A DNA stretch of 20,000 bases from Reclinomonas americana ATCC 50394 (Eukaryota): positions 46,432 through 66,431 of the forward strand of contig PS015033.1 of the NCBI GenBank assembly GCA_048213135.1, given 5' to 3'. Positions within the stretch are counted from its first letter, which is position 1. Each line of letters begins with the position of its first letter. This document shows, one piece after another, positions 19,967 to 20,000 of the stretch. The notes under the pieces are model-generated. The model saw nothing but the letters and a program-made list of their open reading frames with translations. It was not told the DNA's origin and searched no databases. The translations under genes were made by a program, and so were the position numbers.

Positions 19967-20000
19967 TCACGGCGGTGGCGCTGCATATCGGTACGACCCG
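19967..20000 (-). CDS. Last codons of the inverted paralog of the 12444-12818 gene (continues beyond window)
   Basis: Reverse complement reads GSYRYAAPPP* versus GSHRYAAPP* in the left copy (3-nt indel, same TGA). Confidence 0.4.
   Translation of the reverse strand, partial: GSYRYAAPPP

Larger units (their letters stand above)
16496..20000 (-). repeat. Right arm of large inverted segmental duplication (probably continues past window)
   Basis: Colinear inverted copy of 12788-16135 with substitutions, indels and different microsatellite lengths. Confidence 0.95.

Noticed and set aside
28-20000. Most long ORFs in the six-frame track (poly-SL, poly-RE, poly-HT/CV, gap-spanning ORFs)
   Set aside because: They arise from microsatellites, N gaps or the antisense strand of real exons; the spliced models explain the coding signal.
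12788-20000. Inverted arms as transposon TIRs or an amplification chimera
   Set aside because: The arms carry host-like intron-containing genes, no transposase is visible, and the arms are too diverged for a fold-back artefact.

Overview
Intron-rich, microsatellite-rich unicellular-eukaryote DNA from a draft assembly (five 20-N gaps, one 304-N gap); the species is not identifiable from sequence alone. The left 11 kb holds four compact spliced genes, built by hand with frame-consistent GT-AG introns: an SLC22A18-like MFS transporter (+, 5' end outside the window), a PTH2 peptidyl-tRNA hydrolase with a UBA-like N-terminus (-), SNAPC1/SNAP43 (-) and an MGCSSS-starting unknown protein (-). The three minus-strand genes are only 76 and 25 nt apart. 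The right 7 kb is a large diverged inverted duplication (12788-16135 vs 16496->20000). It carries two tail-to-tail copies of a secreted 172-aa protein with two 10-Cys EGF-like domains, plus the 3' end of a possible SH3b-like gene. The most striking signal is a second 5' splice-site class: all 8 modelled introns whose exon does not end in G use a consensus shifted by +1 nt (GTTGCGT/GTTGAGT type, G at +6), while 23 of 26 G-ending exons have the normal G at +5.
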